Of a stretch of DNA of 64,000 nt, positions 24,754 through 34,239 are shown in pieces. Source of the stretch: a virus. Its lineage: Duplodnaviria; Caudoviricetes. Both the position numbers and the translations under genes were made by a program. Each line of letters starts with the position of its first letter. Position 1 is the first letter of the stretch. The notes below the pieces were generated by a model. That model worked only from the letters and a program-made list of their open reading frames with translations. It was not told the DNA's origin and did no database searches. The DNA is taken from IMG/VR virus record IMGVR_UViG_3300031992_000039, positions 32,001 through 96,000 of that record; one strand, given 5' to 3'.

Positions 24754-25590
24754 ATGGGTTACATTTATAAAATCACAAATTTAATTAATAATAAATTATA
24801 TATAGGGAAAACAGTAACCTCTATAGCACATCGTTGGGATCAACATAAATCTGCCGCCAGAAATGGAGTAGAATGGGCCTTATATAAAGCAATTAGAAAA
24901 TATGGAGAGGATAATTTTAGTATAGAGATGATCGAAGAAGTAGATGATAATAGTTTAAGTAATAGAGAAATATATTGGATTAATTATTATAATTCTTATA
25001 AAAATGGATATAATATGACATTAGGAGGAGATGGGAGAATAAATTTGAACCGTAATAAAATAATAGAATTATGGAATAATGGATGTTCAGCTCAAACTAT
25101 TAGTAAAAATTTAAATTGTTGGGTAAGTACCGTTATAGATATTTTAAAAGAACAAAATATATATGATCCCGAAAGAATTAAAAAAGAAAGAATGATTAAT
25201 ACTGCCAATTCGCAATCACAACATAAAATTATTCAATATAGTGAAAATGGGGAAATTATAAATATTTTTAATTCTTGTAAGGAGGCTGCGGAACATATAG
25301 GTGGGCTTTCAGACACAATACATGGTGGAATAACTACTAAAGGAAGTCGCTATGGTTATTATTGGGCGTATGAAGATGCTAAAGAACTACCTAATTTTAA
25401 ACCAATTAAAAGATCTATTATAAGAGAAGTATATCAATATTCTTTAAATGAAGATTTTATAAATTGTTTTAATAGCGCAGCAGAAGCACAAAGAAAAACA
25501 AATATTAATAGCTCTTCAATTTTAAGAGTGTGTAAAGGACAACGAAAAACTGCTGGTGGATATAAATGGAGCTATGATTTAATAGAATAA
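24754..25590 (+). CDS. Free-standing GIY-YIG homing endonuclease with NUMOD1-like repeats
   Basis: GYIYKITN..YIGKT, GYNMTLGGDG, two QYS..F.S..EA modules. Confidence 0.9.
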   Translation: MGYIYKITNLINNKLYIGKTVTSIAHRWDQHKSAARNGVEWALYKAIRKYGEDNFSIEMIEEVDDNSLSNREIYWINYYNSYKNGYNMTLGGDGRINLNRNKIIELWNNGCSAQTISKNLNCWVSTVIDILKEQNIYDPERIKKERMINTANSQSQHKIIQYSENGEIINIFNSCKEAAEHIGGLSDTIHGGITTKGSRYGYYWAYEDAKELPNFKPIKRSIIREVYQYSLNEDFINCFNSAAEAQRKTNINSSSILRVCKGQRKTAGGYKWSYDLIE

Positions 25591-25628
25591 AACCCTTCAT
25601 ATCTATACTCCTTCTATTTTATATATAG

Positions 25629-25657
25629 ATTATACCATAGATTTAAAAGAAGTTCAA
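25629..25657 (-). promoter_or_regulatory. sigmaA-type promoter with RBS and ATG; relic of the original ligase 5' end
   Basis: TTGAAC-N17-TATAAT, AAGGAG, ATG 25600 reading MKGFI (ligase begins MKGYI). Confidence 0.65.
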
Positions 25658-25792
25658 ATTTTTAAATATTAATTAACCTCAAGAGCTTCATCAGATAGAA
25701 GTGAGCGGTATTCTCTTTTTCTTTAAAAAATTTGAAATCTATTTAAAAATATATTATAATATAAATAGAAATAAAATAGGAGTTTTATATAA

Positions 25793-26815
25793 ATGAAGGA
25801 CATTAATTATATAGTTGGATTTGTTTTAAGTGGAATTATAATACTTATAACTTTAATTGCCTATATATCTGAAAAAAGAAAATTTAAAAAACTTAATAAA
25901 GAAATAAAAGAAGAAAAAGAAAAAATTCAAGAAGATTGGCTTAAAGAAGCACAACAAAAATATCTTTTTGAAATTCAAGATAAAATAAATGAGTTAAACT
26001 CTATAGAAGAAAAAATAAAAGAAAAAGAAAACGAAATAATTAAAGTAGAAAAAGAGCTTTCCGAGAAGAAAAATTTTAATTCTTCCCTTTTAAAAATTCG
26101 AGAAGAAGAATTAAATAGATTAATTGAAGAGAAGCGTCAAAAGCGTGAGAGTGAACTTGAATTTGAAATTGAGGAATGGGCGCAATCTGCGCAAGAGGCC
26201 GCCACATATCAGCGCGACCAAATTTTTAAGCAATATCAAAAAGATATTGACGAACAATATGAAAAATTAAGAAATCTTTATCTTGAAATTAATGAATATA
26301 AAGAAAAGCGCGACGCTATGAATCAAGAAATTATGCGCGCTCGTGCAATCGAAGAAAAACAGGACTTTTATCGAATTCAAATTCCGGATGGATATCGTCA
26401 TGATATAGAACTCTTAAATGAAATTCGTTCCCAATTTTCAAAAATTGAAATTCTTGATAAACTTATTTATGATAATTATATAAAAAAGCCAGTTGATGAA
26501 ATGATAAAGAGAATTCTTGGCGGACGCGCTCCATCTGGTATATATAAAATAACCCGTTTGAAGACTGGGGAGGTTTATATAGGTAAGTCTACTGATGTAA
26601 AAACTAGAATTCAACAACATTGTAAAACTTGCTATCATTGTGGTACAATAAGTCGTTCTACTCTTCACGATGTAATGGATAGAGATAAAATTTGGAATTT
26701 TACTTTTGAACTTTTAGAAGAAGTTCCAAAAGAAAAACTCGGAGAAAGGGAAAAATATTGGATTAATTTTTATGATTCTAAAAAATTTGGGCTTAATGAA
26801 AAAAATGGAGGATAA
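25793..26815 (+). CDS. TM + coiled-coil + C-terminal GIY-YIG domain protein
   Basis: N-terminal TM, long E/K coiled coil, SGIYKIT..YIGKS..R..H. Confidence 0.8.
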   Translation: MKDINYIVGFVLSGIIILITLIAYISEKRKFKKLNKEIKEEKEKIQEDWLKEAQQKYLFEIQDKINELNSIEEKIKEKENEIIKVEKELSEKKNFNSSLLKIREEELNRLIEEKRQKRESELEFEIEEWAQSAQEAATYQRDQIFKQYQKDIDEQYEKLRNLYLEINEYKEKRDAMNQEIMRARAIEEKQDFYRIQIPDGYRHDIELLNEIRSQFSKIEILDKLIYDNYIKKPVDEMIKRILGGRAPSGIYKITRLKTGEVYIGKSTDVKTRIQQHCKTCYHCGTISRSTLHDVMDRDKIWNFTFELLEEVPKEKLGEREKYWINFYDSKKFGLNEKNGG

Positions 26816-27865
26816 ATGGAATTTTCAAAATTACAAGAAGAGGTATTGAGAGCGCCAGACGATAAAATTGTTGTGATGTCATGCGCGGCTTCGGGCAAAA
26901 CGACTATTATGACAGAGAAAACTCGGCGTTTATTGCGCGCAGGTGTATCGCCTAAAGATATGGCAGTTATCACATTCACGACAATGGCTGCGACAGAATT
27001 GCGTCAACGACTCGGAGATGATTACAAAGATGGGCTATTTGTAGGTACAATCCACGCTCTTGCAAATTATTTTCTCTTATCCTCTGGAATAGATACAAAA
27101 GATCTTTTAGATGAAGAGAACTTTGATAAACTTTTTGATAGAGTCGCGCACAATCCACGCTGTATAAAAAGTATAGATTACATAATTCTCGATGAGGCAC
27201 AGGACACGGATAAGCTCCAATTTAAATTTTTACTTGAAATGATAAACCCACGACACTTCTTTATAGTCGGTGATGTGCGCCAATCTATTTATAGATGGAG
27301 AGCGGCGCGCCCTGACCTTTTACTTGAAATAATGAAGAGATCGGATGTGCGAGTTTTTGATATGAATGAAAATTATCGAAATGGGTCTAATATTCTAATG
27401 TTTGCTAAAGGGCTTATAAGTCCTACTGGTCTTAATGATACATCAATCTCACGCAGTCCGCAAAAAGGGGAAGTTATACGAACCTCATACTCACCCACTC
27501 AAATTATAGAAATTTTACGAGAAAGCCCCGACCTCTATAAAGATTGGGCGATTCTAACTCGCACAAACAAAGAAATTTGGGATATATCTATAGTTTTGAA
27601 AAAGAACGGGATTCCTTTTGAAACTTTTAAACAAGGAGATCTTTCAAAAGATGAATTATTGGAGAAGATGGAAAAGAATACAGTTAAATTATTAACTGTT
27701 CATAGCGCGAAAGGGTTAGAGTGGAAGAATGTAATTGTTATTGGGATGAAGTATTATGATGATGAAGAGAGAAGTGTATGTTATGTAGCCGCGACAAGAG
27801 CAAAAGAACGACTTATATGGATGGGTTATCCACCTAAAAGTAGAAAGAATAGGTATAGTTTTTAA
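26816..27865 (+). CDS. Compact UvrD/Rep-family SF1 helicase
   Basis: AASGKTT, DEAQD, GDVRQSIY, NYRN, TVHSAKGLEW, YVAATRAK. Confidence 0.9.
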   Translation: MEFSKLQEEVLRAPDDKIVVMSCAASGKTTIMTEKTRRLLRAGVSPKDMAVITFTTMAATELRQRLGDDYKDGLFVGTIHALANYFLLSSGIDTKDLLDEENFDKLFDRVAHNPRCIKSIDYIILDEAQDTDKLQFKFLLEMINPRHFFIVGDVRQSIYRWRAARPDLLLEIMKRSDVRVFDMNENYRNGSNILMFAKGLISPTGLNDTSISRSPQKGEVIRTSYSPTQIIEILRESPDLYKDWAILTRTNKEIWDISIVLKKNGIPFETFKQGDLSKDELLEKMEKNTVKLLTVHSAKGLEWKNVIVIGMKYYDDEERSVCYVAATRAKERLIWMGYPPKSRKNRYSF

Positions 27866-27868
27866 AAT

Positions 27869-27899
27869 AAAAAAGAAAGGTTTGAACCTTTCTTTTATT
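27869..27899. terminator. Bidirectional terminator
   Basis: AAAAGAAAGGT/ACCTTTCTTTT between convergent genes. Confidence 0.7.
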
Positions 27900-27912
27900 T
27901 TTAGATTTTATT

Positions 27913-28128
27913 TTACGCCTTAGCTGATTCTTCTTGTTTGGACTGGTTAAATTTTTGAAAGATTGCTTTTATAATTGCGGGATTCACATTATTAGGTGTT
28001 TCAAGCACATAAGTAATTATCGCATCTTCTAATGAAAGAACTACTTCCGCTGCCGCTTCCTGCACCACTTCAGGCTCACTTTCGAGGCCTGGAGCATTGT
28101 CATCTATTTCAAATTCTCTTTCTTCCAT
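27913..28128 (-). CDS. Small acidic protein carrying the anchor module
   Basis: IITYVLETPNNVNPAIIKAI matches the shared module. Confidence 0.65.
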   Translation of the reverse strand: MEEREFEIDDNAPGLESEPEVVQEAAAEVVLSLEDAIITYVLETPNNVNPAIIKAIFQKFNQSKQEESAKA

Positions 28129-28203
28129 TTAATTTTCCTCCTATATAAAATTTTATTACTTTTTCTCTTCATTTCGGATGGGACATCGAGATTAATCAAA
28201 AGA

Positions 28204-29427
28204 TTAACCCAAACAGAAGCCGGGCACAACACCGTTAGCATTGGAAGCATCGTCGCCGCCGCCGCTACCGTCACCGAAGACGATCCCGAAGCCGCTGGCA
28301 CCAGTCTTCTCGTCGAAAAAGCCAGATCGCAACCGCCAGAAAATTGGACTACTATCCAGCAAATTAGGTTTGCGTCTAATTCGAGTTGACGGGCTATACA
28401 CTGGACCGGTAGATTCGTAGATGCCAAATATCTCACGAGTTGACGGTATCCAAATAGTTTCCACAGACGACATCTCAGTGAATACTTCACCGGATGCAGT
28501 AAATCCGATGCTATGTTTCACAACGGGAGTGAGATTAGTTCGCACAACTTCAGGTAGCAGTGCTTTAATGGTTGTATCGAGGTATGTTTTCATTTCAGAC
28601 GCAGGATAACCGCCTAAACAACCCGTACCCGAAGTACCTGCTGAATACGCCGGATTCATTCGATGTGTAGTTGTAAGGGCCTGTTTCGCAAGGAATGAAA
28701 GCGGAACTACATCACCATTCTCTTTGACATCCTTATCAATTCCGACAATTTCATATCTGATAGTACCTTCAGCACCCATGTCGATCGTTTTGTAGTCATG
28801 CAGGTGATACTTTGTCGCATAAGTGCCGTCCTGTGTCGCTGAAATTATCTGTTCCCAAGTATCTGTGATTTCTACTCCCGCGTCTTCACCGTAATGGATA
28901 ATAGCGTTAGTGGCTCCCCAAGGAGCTCCCGCAACTGCACCACTTGCCCATGGGACATATATATCAGCTAATGCTGTAAGTCCTTGGAACGCTAGGTTAG
29001 AAATGAATGAAGGAGTTCCGCGGAATGTGACAGACGCGAGCGCTGTATCTCCGCTGAACGCCTTCTCCGAGATCTGGACACAATTAGCGGGAATAGTGAA
29101 GGAAGTAAGCGCGGTCAATCCTGCCAGACCGCCTAACGCGATTCCATACAAGTTATCGCATTCTAGTTGAGTCATGTGAGACAACTCGAGTGTAGGAAGA
29201 ACTAATCCGTTGATTCCGGTTCCGTACGTACCAATGTACGCTGAATTGACAACAGCACCCTTAGTGATGTTACCGCTGGAATCCTTCTCAAGCGCAACAA
29301 ATCCACGAACGGACGATGTATCGCCACACTCTTCTGGTAAATTATCTACTAAACTTTTTAAGACCGCATAGTTTGTATTATGAGGTGTATTCATTACATA
29401 ATTTATAACTTCTTCTTTTGTACTCAC
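28204..29427 (-). CDS. Anchor module + BspA-type LRR + DUF6273/CLec-like domain; probable DGR target
   Basis: LTSFTIP..ISEKAFSG LRRs; C-terminal WRLRS...V..DG.....A....GVVPGFCL; NNC/NNT-codon-rich 3' end. Confidence 0.75.
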   Translation of the reverse strand: MSTKEEVINYVMNTPHNTNYAVLKSLVDNLPEECGDTSSVRGFVALEKDSSGNITKGAVVNSAYIGTYGTGINGLVLPTLELSHMTQLECDNLYGIALGGLAGLTALTSFTIPANCVQISEKAFSGDTALASVTFRGTPSFISNLAFQGLTALADIYVPWASGAVAGAPWGATNAIIHYGEDAGVEITDTWEQIISATQDGTYATKYHLHDYKTIDMGAEGTIRYEIVGIDKDVKENGDVVPLSFLAKQALTTTHRMNPAYSAGTSGTGCLGGYPASEMKTYLDTTIKALLPEVVRTNLTPVVKHSIGFTASGEVFTEMSSVETIWIPSTREIFGIYESTGPVYSPSTRIRRKPNLLDSSPIFWRLRSGFFDEKTGASGFGIVFGDGSGGGDDASNANGVVPGFCLG

Positions 29428-29496
29428 TTATTTTTCCTCCTAATTTAATCTATCTCATATATAAAAGTAGATTTCAAAGCCATTTACTCTATAAAT

Positions 29497-29525
29497 TTGA
29501 AATTTCCTTAAATTTATATTATAAT
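29497..29525 (+). promoter_or_regulatory. sigmaA-type promoter, back-to-back with the late motif at 29465-29493
   Basis: TTGAAA-N17-TATAAT. Confidence 0.8.
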
Positions 29526-29570
29526 ATATATAGAATATAAAAGAATTATATTAAAAGGAAGTAAATACTA

Positions 29571-31415
29571 ATGAGTTATGGTATAGACGATATAAAATCG
29601 CTTTCATTTCGCGATGGTGTGCGCGAGCGCATACAGATGTATCTTGGAAGTGATGACCTTGAAGGAACATATCAGGCTTTTAAAGAAATTATAAATAATT
29701 CTACTGATGAAGCAATTGCGGGATTCGGTAAGAAAATTGAAATTTCAGTAGATGAAAAGGTAAATGATATAAAAATTCGTGATTATGGCCGTGGGGTTCC
29801 TTTTGGAATTAGAGAAGATGGAGAAAATGTACTTGTATCAATCTATTCAAAATCCCACACAGGCGGAAAATTTGAGGAAGGCGCGTACAAGAACGCATCG
29901 GGTCTCAATGGTATAGGAGCTAAATGCGTATGTTTAAGCGCAAAAGAGTTCCAAGTTTTTTCTTTTAGAAGTGGGACTTTAGGATTTGCTTATTTTAAGA
30001 AAGGTGAACTTGTAGAATATAAAGAAGTGCCCACTAATGAGCCTAATGGTACGCTTATTCATTTTATACCTGATCCCGAAGTTTTTAAGACTGGAGAAAT
30101 TGGATACTCGTATGAAAGAATTTGTAATGACATAAAAAATATATCTTATTTATATAGCGGTATAACTTTTGAAATTACAAATGCTGTGACTAAAGAAGTA
30201 AAAACTTATTGTGCAAAAAATGGTATAGTAGATTATATACGAGATAATGTACCCAATCCTCTTCATAAGCATATTATAACCGAAGTAGTAGAAGATGAAA
30301 CTGATCGTCTTGAAATTGCTTTTCAATGGGGTAGTAAAAAAGAGGAGTCACGCGTATTCGTAAATGGACTTCTTTGCCCAGAAGGCGGCAGTCCTATAAC
30401 TGGAGCAAAAACAGCAATAACTCGTACATTTAATTCACTCTCCAAACAAAACTTCGATGGCGATAGTATAAGAGAAAATTTATTTTATGTAATAAATTGC
30501 TCTGTTGCCCAGCCCAGTTTTGCAAATCAAACAAAAACAAAAATTAATAATACAAATTTACGCACAATGGCGTCAAATGCTTTTTCAAATGCGTTAAAAC
30601 AAATGAATTTAAAGTATAAAGATGAATTCGATACTATTGTAGAATTACTAAAAAAGGTCGCTCGCGCAGAGGCCGCCGCAGAGAAGGCGCGTCAGCAAGT
30701 TTTGAACGCAACAAAAGAAATTGAGAAGAATCAGAAGAAGAAAGTTTTCGCATCAGATAAGTTGAAGGATGCAGAGTTTTTAGGTGAAGATTCTACTTTA
30801 CTTCTTGTTGAGGGATTAAGTGCTGCCTCTTCAATGGCGCAGGCGCGCGATGAGAAAAAATATGGAATTCTCGCACTTCGTGGTAAGCCAATAAACGCTT
30901 TCTCAAATCCCGATGAGAAGATTTACGAAAATGAAGAAGTTAAATTGCTTTTGAGCGCGATGAACATCATACCGGGCAAATACAACGCATCTAAGTTGCG
31001 CTATGGAAAGATTGGCATAACCGTTGATGCAGATGCGGACGGGTACTCAATCGGGCTTCTTATAATGTGTCTTTTGTATAAGTTCGCACCACAATTTATA
31101 GAAGAGGGACGCTTATGTTGGCTTAGATCGCCGCTTTATATTGTTTCGTCTGGAAAGAAAGAATATTATTATTTTACAGATGAAGAATATAATAAGCGTA
31201 CAGTAAAAGGCGTCACAACTCGCGCGAAGGGATTGGGCGCTTTGTCCGCGGACCAGGCTCGTCGTTCCATGTTTACAGAAGAATTCCAGCGTATGGATAA
31301 GCTTATGCCAGATGAAGAATCTTTGAACTTATTGCTTGATTTAATGGGTAAGGATTCCGAGCCAAAGCATAACTTTATTTGGGATAATATAGATTTTTCG
31401 GAGATAAAGGAGTGA
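29571..31415 (+). CDS. gyrB: Type IIA topoisomerase/gyrase subunit B
   Basis: EIINNSTDE, DYGRGVP, HTGGKF, GLNGIG, VEGLSA, LRGK, DADADG, KGLG. Confidence 0.92.
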   Translation: MSYGIDDIKSLSFRDGVRERIQMYLGSDDLEGTYQAFKEIINNSTDEAIAGFGKKIEISVDEKVNDIKIRDYGRGVPFGIREDGENVLVSIYSKSHTGGKFEEGAYKNASGLNGIGAKCVCLSAKEFQVFSFRSGTLGFAYFKKGELVEYKEVPTNEPNGTLIHFIPDPEVFKTGEIGYSYERICNDIKNISYLYSGITFEITNAVTKEVKTYCAKNGIVDYIRDNVPNPLHKHIITEVVEDETDRLEIAFQWGSKKEESRVFVNGLLCPEGGSPITGAKTAITRTFNSLSKQNFDGDSIRENLFYVINCSVAQPSFANQTKTKINNTNLRTMASNAFSNALKQMNLKYKDEFDTIVELLKKVARAEAAAEKARQQVLNATKEIEKNQKKKVFASDKLKDAEFLGEDSTLLLVEGLSAASSMAQARDEKKYGILALRGKPINAFSNPDEKIYENEEVKLLLSAMNIIPGKYNASKLRYGKIGITVDADADGYSIGLLIMCLLYKFAPQFIEEGRLCWLRSPLYIVSSGKKEYYYFTDEEYNKRTVKGVTTRAKGLGALSADQARRSMFTEEFQRMDKLMPDEESLNLLLDLMGKDSEPKHNFIWDNIDFSEIKE

Positions 31416-31419
31416 AGAT

Positions 31420-31794
31420 ATGCAATTTATTCGATATGATCTGGATTATAATCCTAATCCTTTACACCCTCAAGAGGCAATTAAGGAATTAGGTTTTAAA
31501 GTAATTCATGGCGTACCCCAGTCTATATATAGCTGTTGGTGGTTTTGCGTAGAAGATTATGATTTTAATATCGAAGAAAGGGCAAAAACTGATTATAGGT
31601 ATAAATATGTCTCAGTAATGCTTCCTTATTCATTAAAATATTGGCGTGATCATTGCTTTAATAATTGTGAATATTTTGAAAAATCTTTTAATGTACAAAC
31701 CCAAACTCATAATTGGGAATGGTGTTGTTATGGAGGCGAGCGTTGTTTTAAAGAAGGAGATAAAAATGGAACAAAATTTAACACCGATAATTAA
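31420..31794 (+). CDS. Hypothetical protein inserted between gyrB and gyrA
   Basis: 124 aa, Cys/Trp-rich; overlaps the gyrA start. Confidence 0.65.
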   Translation: MQFIRYDLDYNPNPLHPQEAIKELGFKVIHGVPQSIYSCWWFCVEDYDFNIEERAKTDYRYKYVSVMLPYSLKYWRDHCFNNCEYFEKSFNVQTQTHNWEWCCYGGERCFKEGDKNGTKFNTDN

Positions 31795-34105
31795 AGATAG
31801 CTTCCTTCAGTTTAGTGGCGCGGTTCTTCAAAGTCGTGCCCTTTCTGATGTGCGCGATAACTTTAAGCCGTCTGCGCGCCAGATCTTTTACTGTATGTAT
31901 ACGGATAAGTTTATCCATTCAAAACCGTTTCAGAAAACTCTAAAGTCGATTGGCTCTGCTTTCCGTATGTATATACACGGTGATGCAAGTGCCGAAGGCG
32001 TCATAATGCGCGCGGGACAGCCGTTTGCGATGAGATACCCGCTTGTAGAAGTAGAAGGTTCATATGGTACCCTTCTCTCAAGTGGAAGCTGGGCAGCACC
32101 CAGGTATACGGGAGCCCGTCTGAGTAAACTTGCGTCATATATTTTTGCTGATTTGGATAAAGATGTAATAGATGAATGGCGCGACAACTATGATAATACT
32201 GAACAGTATCCGATGGTTTTGCCGTCAAAGGGTTTTTATAACCTTGTAAATGGTAATTTTGGCCTTGGCGTGGGCGCGAGCAGCTCAATTCCCCAATATA
32301 ATCTGCGCGAACTCAATAACGTGCTTATTACTCTTATTCAAAATCCTAACTGTACTTTTGATGAGATTTATTGTGAGCCTGATTTTGCAACAGGTGCGAC
32401 CATAATAAATAAAAATGAAGTAAAAGAATCTCACCGAAAGGGAAATGGATTTGCTTGTAAGATACGATCTACTGTAGAGTGGGAGCCTAAAGAGCGCTGT
32501 TTTATCGTTACTGAAATTCCTTATATGGTTTATACTGAAACAATTTGTAAGGAATTGGAAGAAATTATAACGGGCGAGGATAATCCCGGAATAGATAGGT
32601 TTAATGATTTAACTGGTGAAAAACCAAATCTTAAAATTTATCTTTCAAAGAAAGCAAATCCCGATAAAGTTCTTAAATATCTTTATAAAAATACTTCTCT
32701 CCAATCCTATTATGGCATAAACTTTACAATGCTTGATAATGGGCGCTACCCTCGCGTATTTGGGTGGAAGGAAATGCTTCAGGCTCATATAGATCATGAA
32801 AAGATTGTTTATCGTCGCGGCTTTGAGTTTGATTTGCGTAAGATACTCGCGCGCATCCATATAATTGAGGGCCTCTTAAAAGCATATGACGCAATTGACG
32901 ATGTAATCCATACAATTAAATCTTCTACTTCAACGGCGGATGCCTCACTTAGATTGCGCGAACTATTACAAATTGACGAAGCGCAATCAAAAGCAATTTT
33001 AGACTTAAAGCTTTCAAAACTTTCAAAACTTGATATAACAAAACTAAAAGACGAAAAAATTTCGCTTGAAGTTGAAGGAATGAGAATAAATAAAATTCTT
33101 CATGATGAAACCCTTCTTAATAATGAACTTATAAGTGGTTGGCGCAAAGTCGCGGATGAATTTGGCGATGAGCGGCGCACTAAAGTTATCCAACTTTCTG
33201 AAGGAGAAAACAACGAACCAATCGAACAGAAACAGCTCTCAATCTCTTTTACAAATAAAGATTCTATATTTGTTTCGGAGACTTCAACTCTTTATGCTCA
33301 GCGGCGCAATGGTACCGGCGCGAAATTTAAACTCGATAAAGAAGAATATATTATAGATACCCTTATTGGTTCTAATACTGATACAATTCTTTTCTTTACT
33401 TCCCACGGAAACTTCTACCATTCCAAACTTGGAGATTTTTCTATAGGAGAAAAGCAATATCTTTCAAATTTAAGTTTACTTCCTTACGAGCATATAGTCG
33501 CCGCGGCGGTCCTCACAAGTAACCATCCGCGTCATATAATCTTTATAACTAAAAATGGAATTCTAAAAAAGTCAGAGTTGTCTGAATATAACCTAAAGCG
33601 CAATACTGGTGCAACTGCGATAAACTTAGATAAGGGCGATCAAATCGTTTCTATAATGTTTGTAAATGAAGAACAGATTGGTATTGCAACTCGTGCCAGT
33701 CGTTTCATTCGAATTTCCACGAAGGATATTCGCGCAATTGGAAGGGTCGCACGCGGAGTGTGCGGGATAAAACTTAATGATGGAGATGAAGTAGTAAGCG
33801 CGAAAGTAATTTCGGCTTCAACGACTTCAATCGTTTCTATTTCTCTTGATGGTTATATTAAACAAACTCCTATTTCTGAGTTTAATCTAACTGGTCGTGC
33901 AACAAAAGGCTCAAAGATCCAATCTACAAATTCTTTTTGTGATTTCTTACCTTTAACTTCCAACGATGATGTACTTGTTGTATCTTCAACTTCCCAGCTT
34001 AGACTACGCGCGAGTGATGTTCCAGTATTATCTCGAGGCGCTCAAGGAGTAAAATCCATAAAACTTCTTGAAAATTCAAAAATTATAAAATTAACTCAGC
34101 TTTAA
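31766..34105 (+). CDS. gyrA: DNA gyrase subunit A with beta-pinwheel CTD
   Basis: SRALSDVRDNFKP, HGD, AAPRYT, GyrA-box-like QRRNGTG, GRxARGV blades; start at ATG 31766 (AAGGAG). Confidence 0.92.
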   Translation: MEQNLTPIIKDSFLQFSGAVLQSRALSDVRDNFKPSARQIFYCMYTDKFIHSKPFQKTLKSIGSAFRMYIHGDASAEGVIMRAGQPFAMRYPLVEVEGSYGTLLSSGSWAAPRYTGARLSKLASYIFADLDKDVIDEWRDNYDNTEQYPMVLPSKGFYNLVNGNFGLGVGASSSIPQYNLRELNNVLITLIQNPNCTFDEIYCEPDFATGATIINKNEVKESHRKGNGFACKIRSTVEWEPKERCFIVTEIPYMVYTETICKELEEIITGEDNPGIDRFNDLTGEKPNLKIYLSKKANPDKVLKYLYKNTSLQSYYGINFTMLDNGRYPRVFGWKEMLQAHIDHEKIVYRRGFEFDLRKILARIHIIEGLLKAYDAIDDVIHTIKSSTSTADASLRLRELLQIDEAQSKAILDLKLSKLSKLDITKLKDEKISLEVEGMRINKILHDETLLNNELISGWRKVADEFGDERRTKVIQLSEGENNEPIEQKQLSISFTNKDSIFVSETSTLYAQRRNGTGAKFKLDKEEYIIDTLIGSNTDTILFFTSHGNFYHSKLGDFSIGEKQYLSNLSLLPYEHIVAAAVLTSNHPRHIIFITKNGILKKSELSEYNLKRNTGATAINLDKGDQIVSIMFVNEEQIGIATRASRFIRISTKDIRAIGRVARGVCGIKLNDGDEVVSAKVISASTTSIVSISLDGYIKQTPISEFNLTGRATKGSKIQSTNSFCDFLPLTSNDDVLVVSSTSQLRLRASDVPVLSRGAQGVKSIKLLENSKIIKLTQL

Positions 34106-34108
34106 AAT

Positions 34109-34137
34109 TTGAGAATTCAATTTAATTTTGATATAAT
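34109..34137 (+). promoter_or_regulatory. sigmaA-type promoter
   Basis: TTGAGA-N17-TATAAT. Confidence 0.8.
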
Positions 34138-34239
34138 ATTTACAGAAAGTTAAAGATGACTTTCAAGGTTGGCCGCCCAACTTCAAAAAACAAACTATAA
34201 AATAACTAATAAAAGGCGGATAAAAAGGAGAAAAAAATT

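Noticed and set aside
31646-31765. Upstream extensions of track ORFs (gyrA 31646, clpP 11401, NDT 15098, kinase 8056)
   Set aside because: Downstream ATGs have clear RBSs, and the extensions overlap other genes or promoters.
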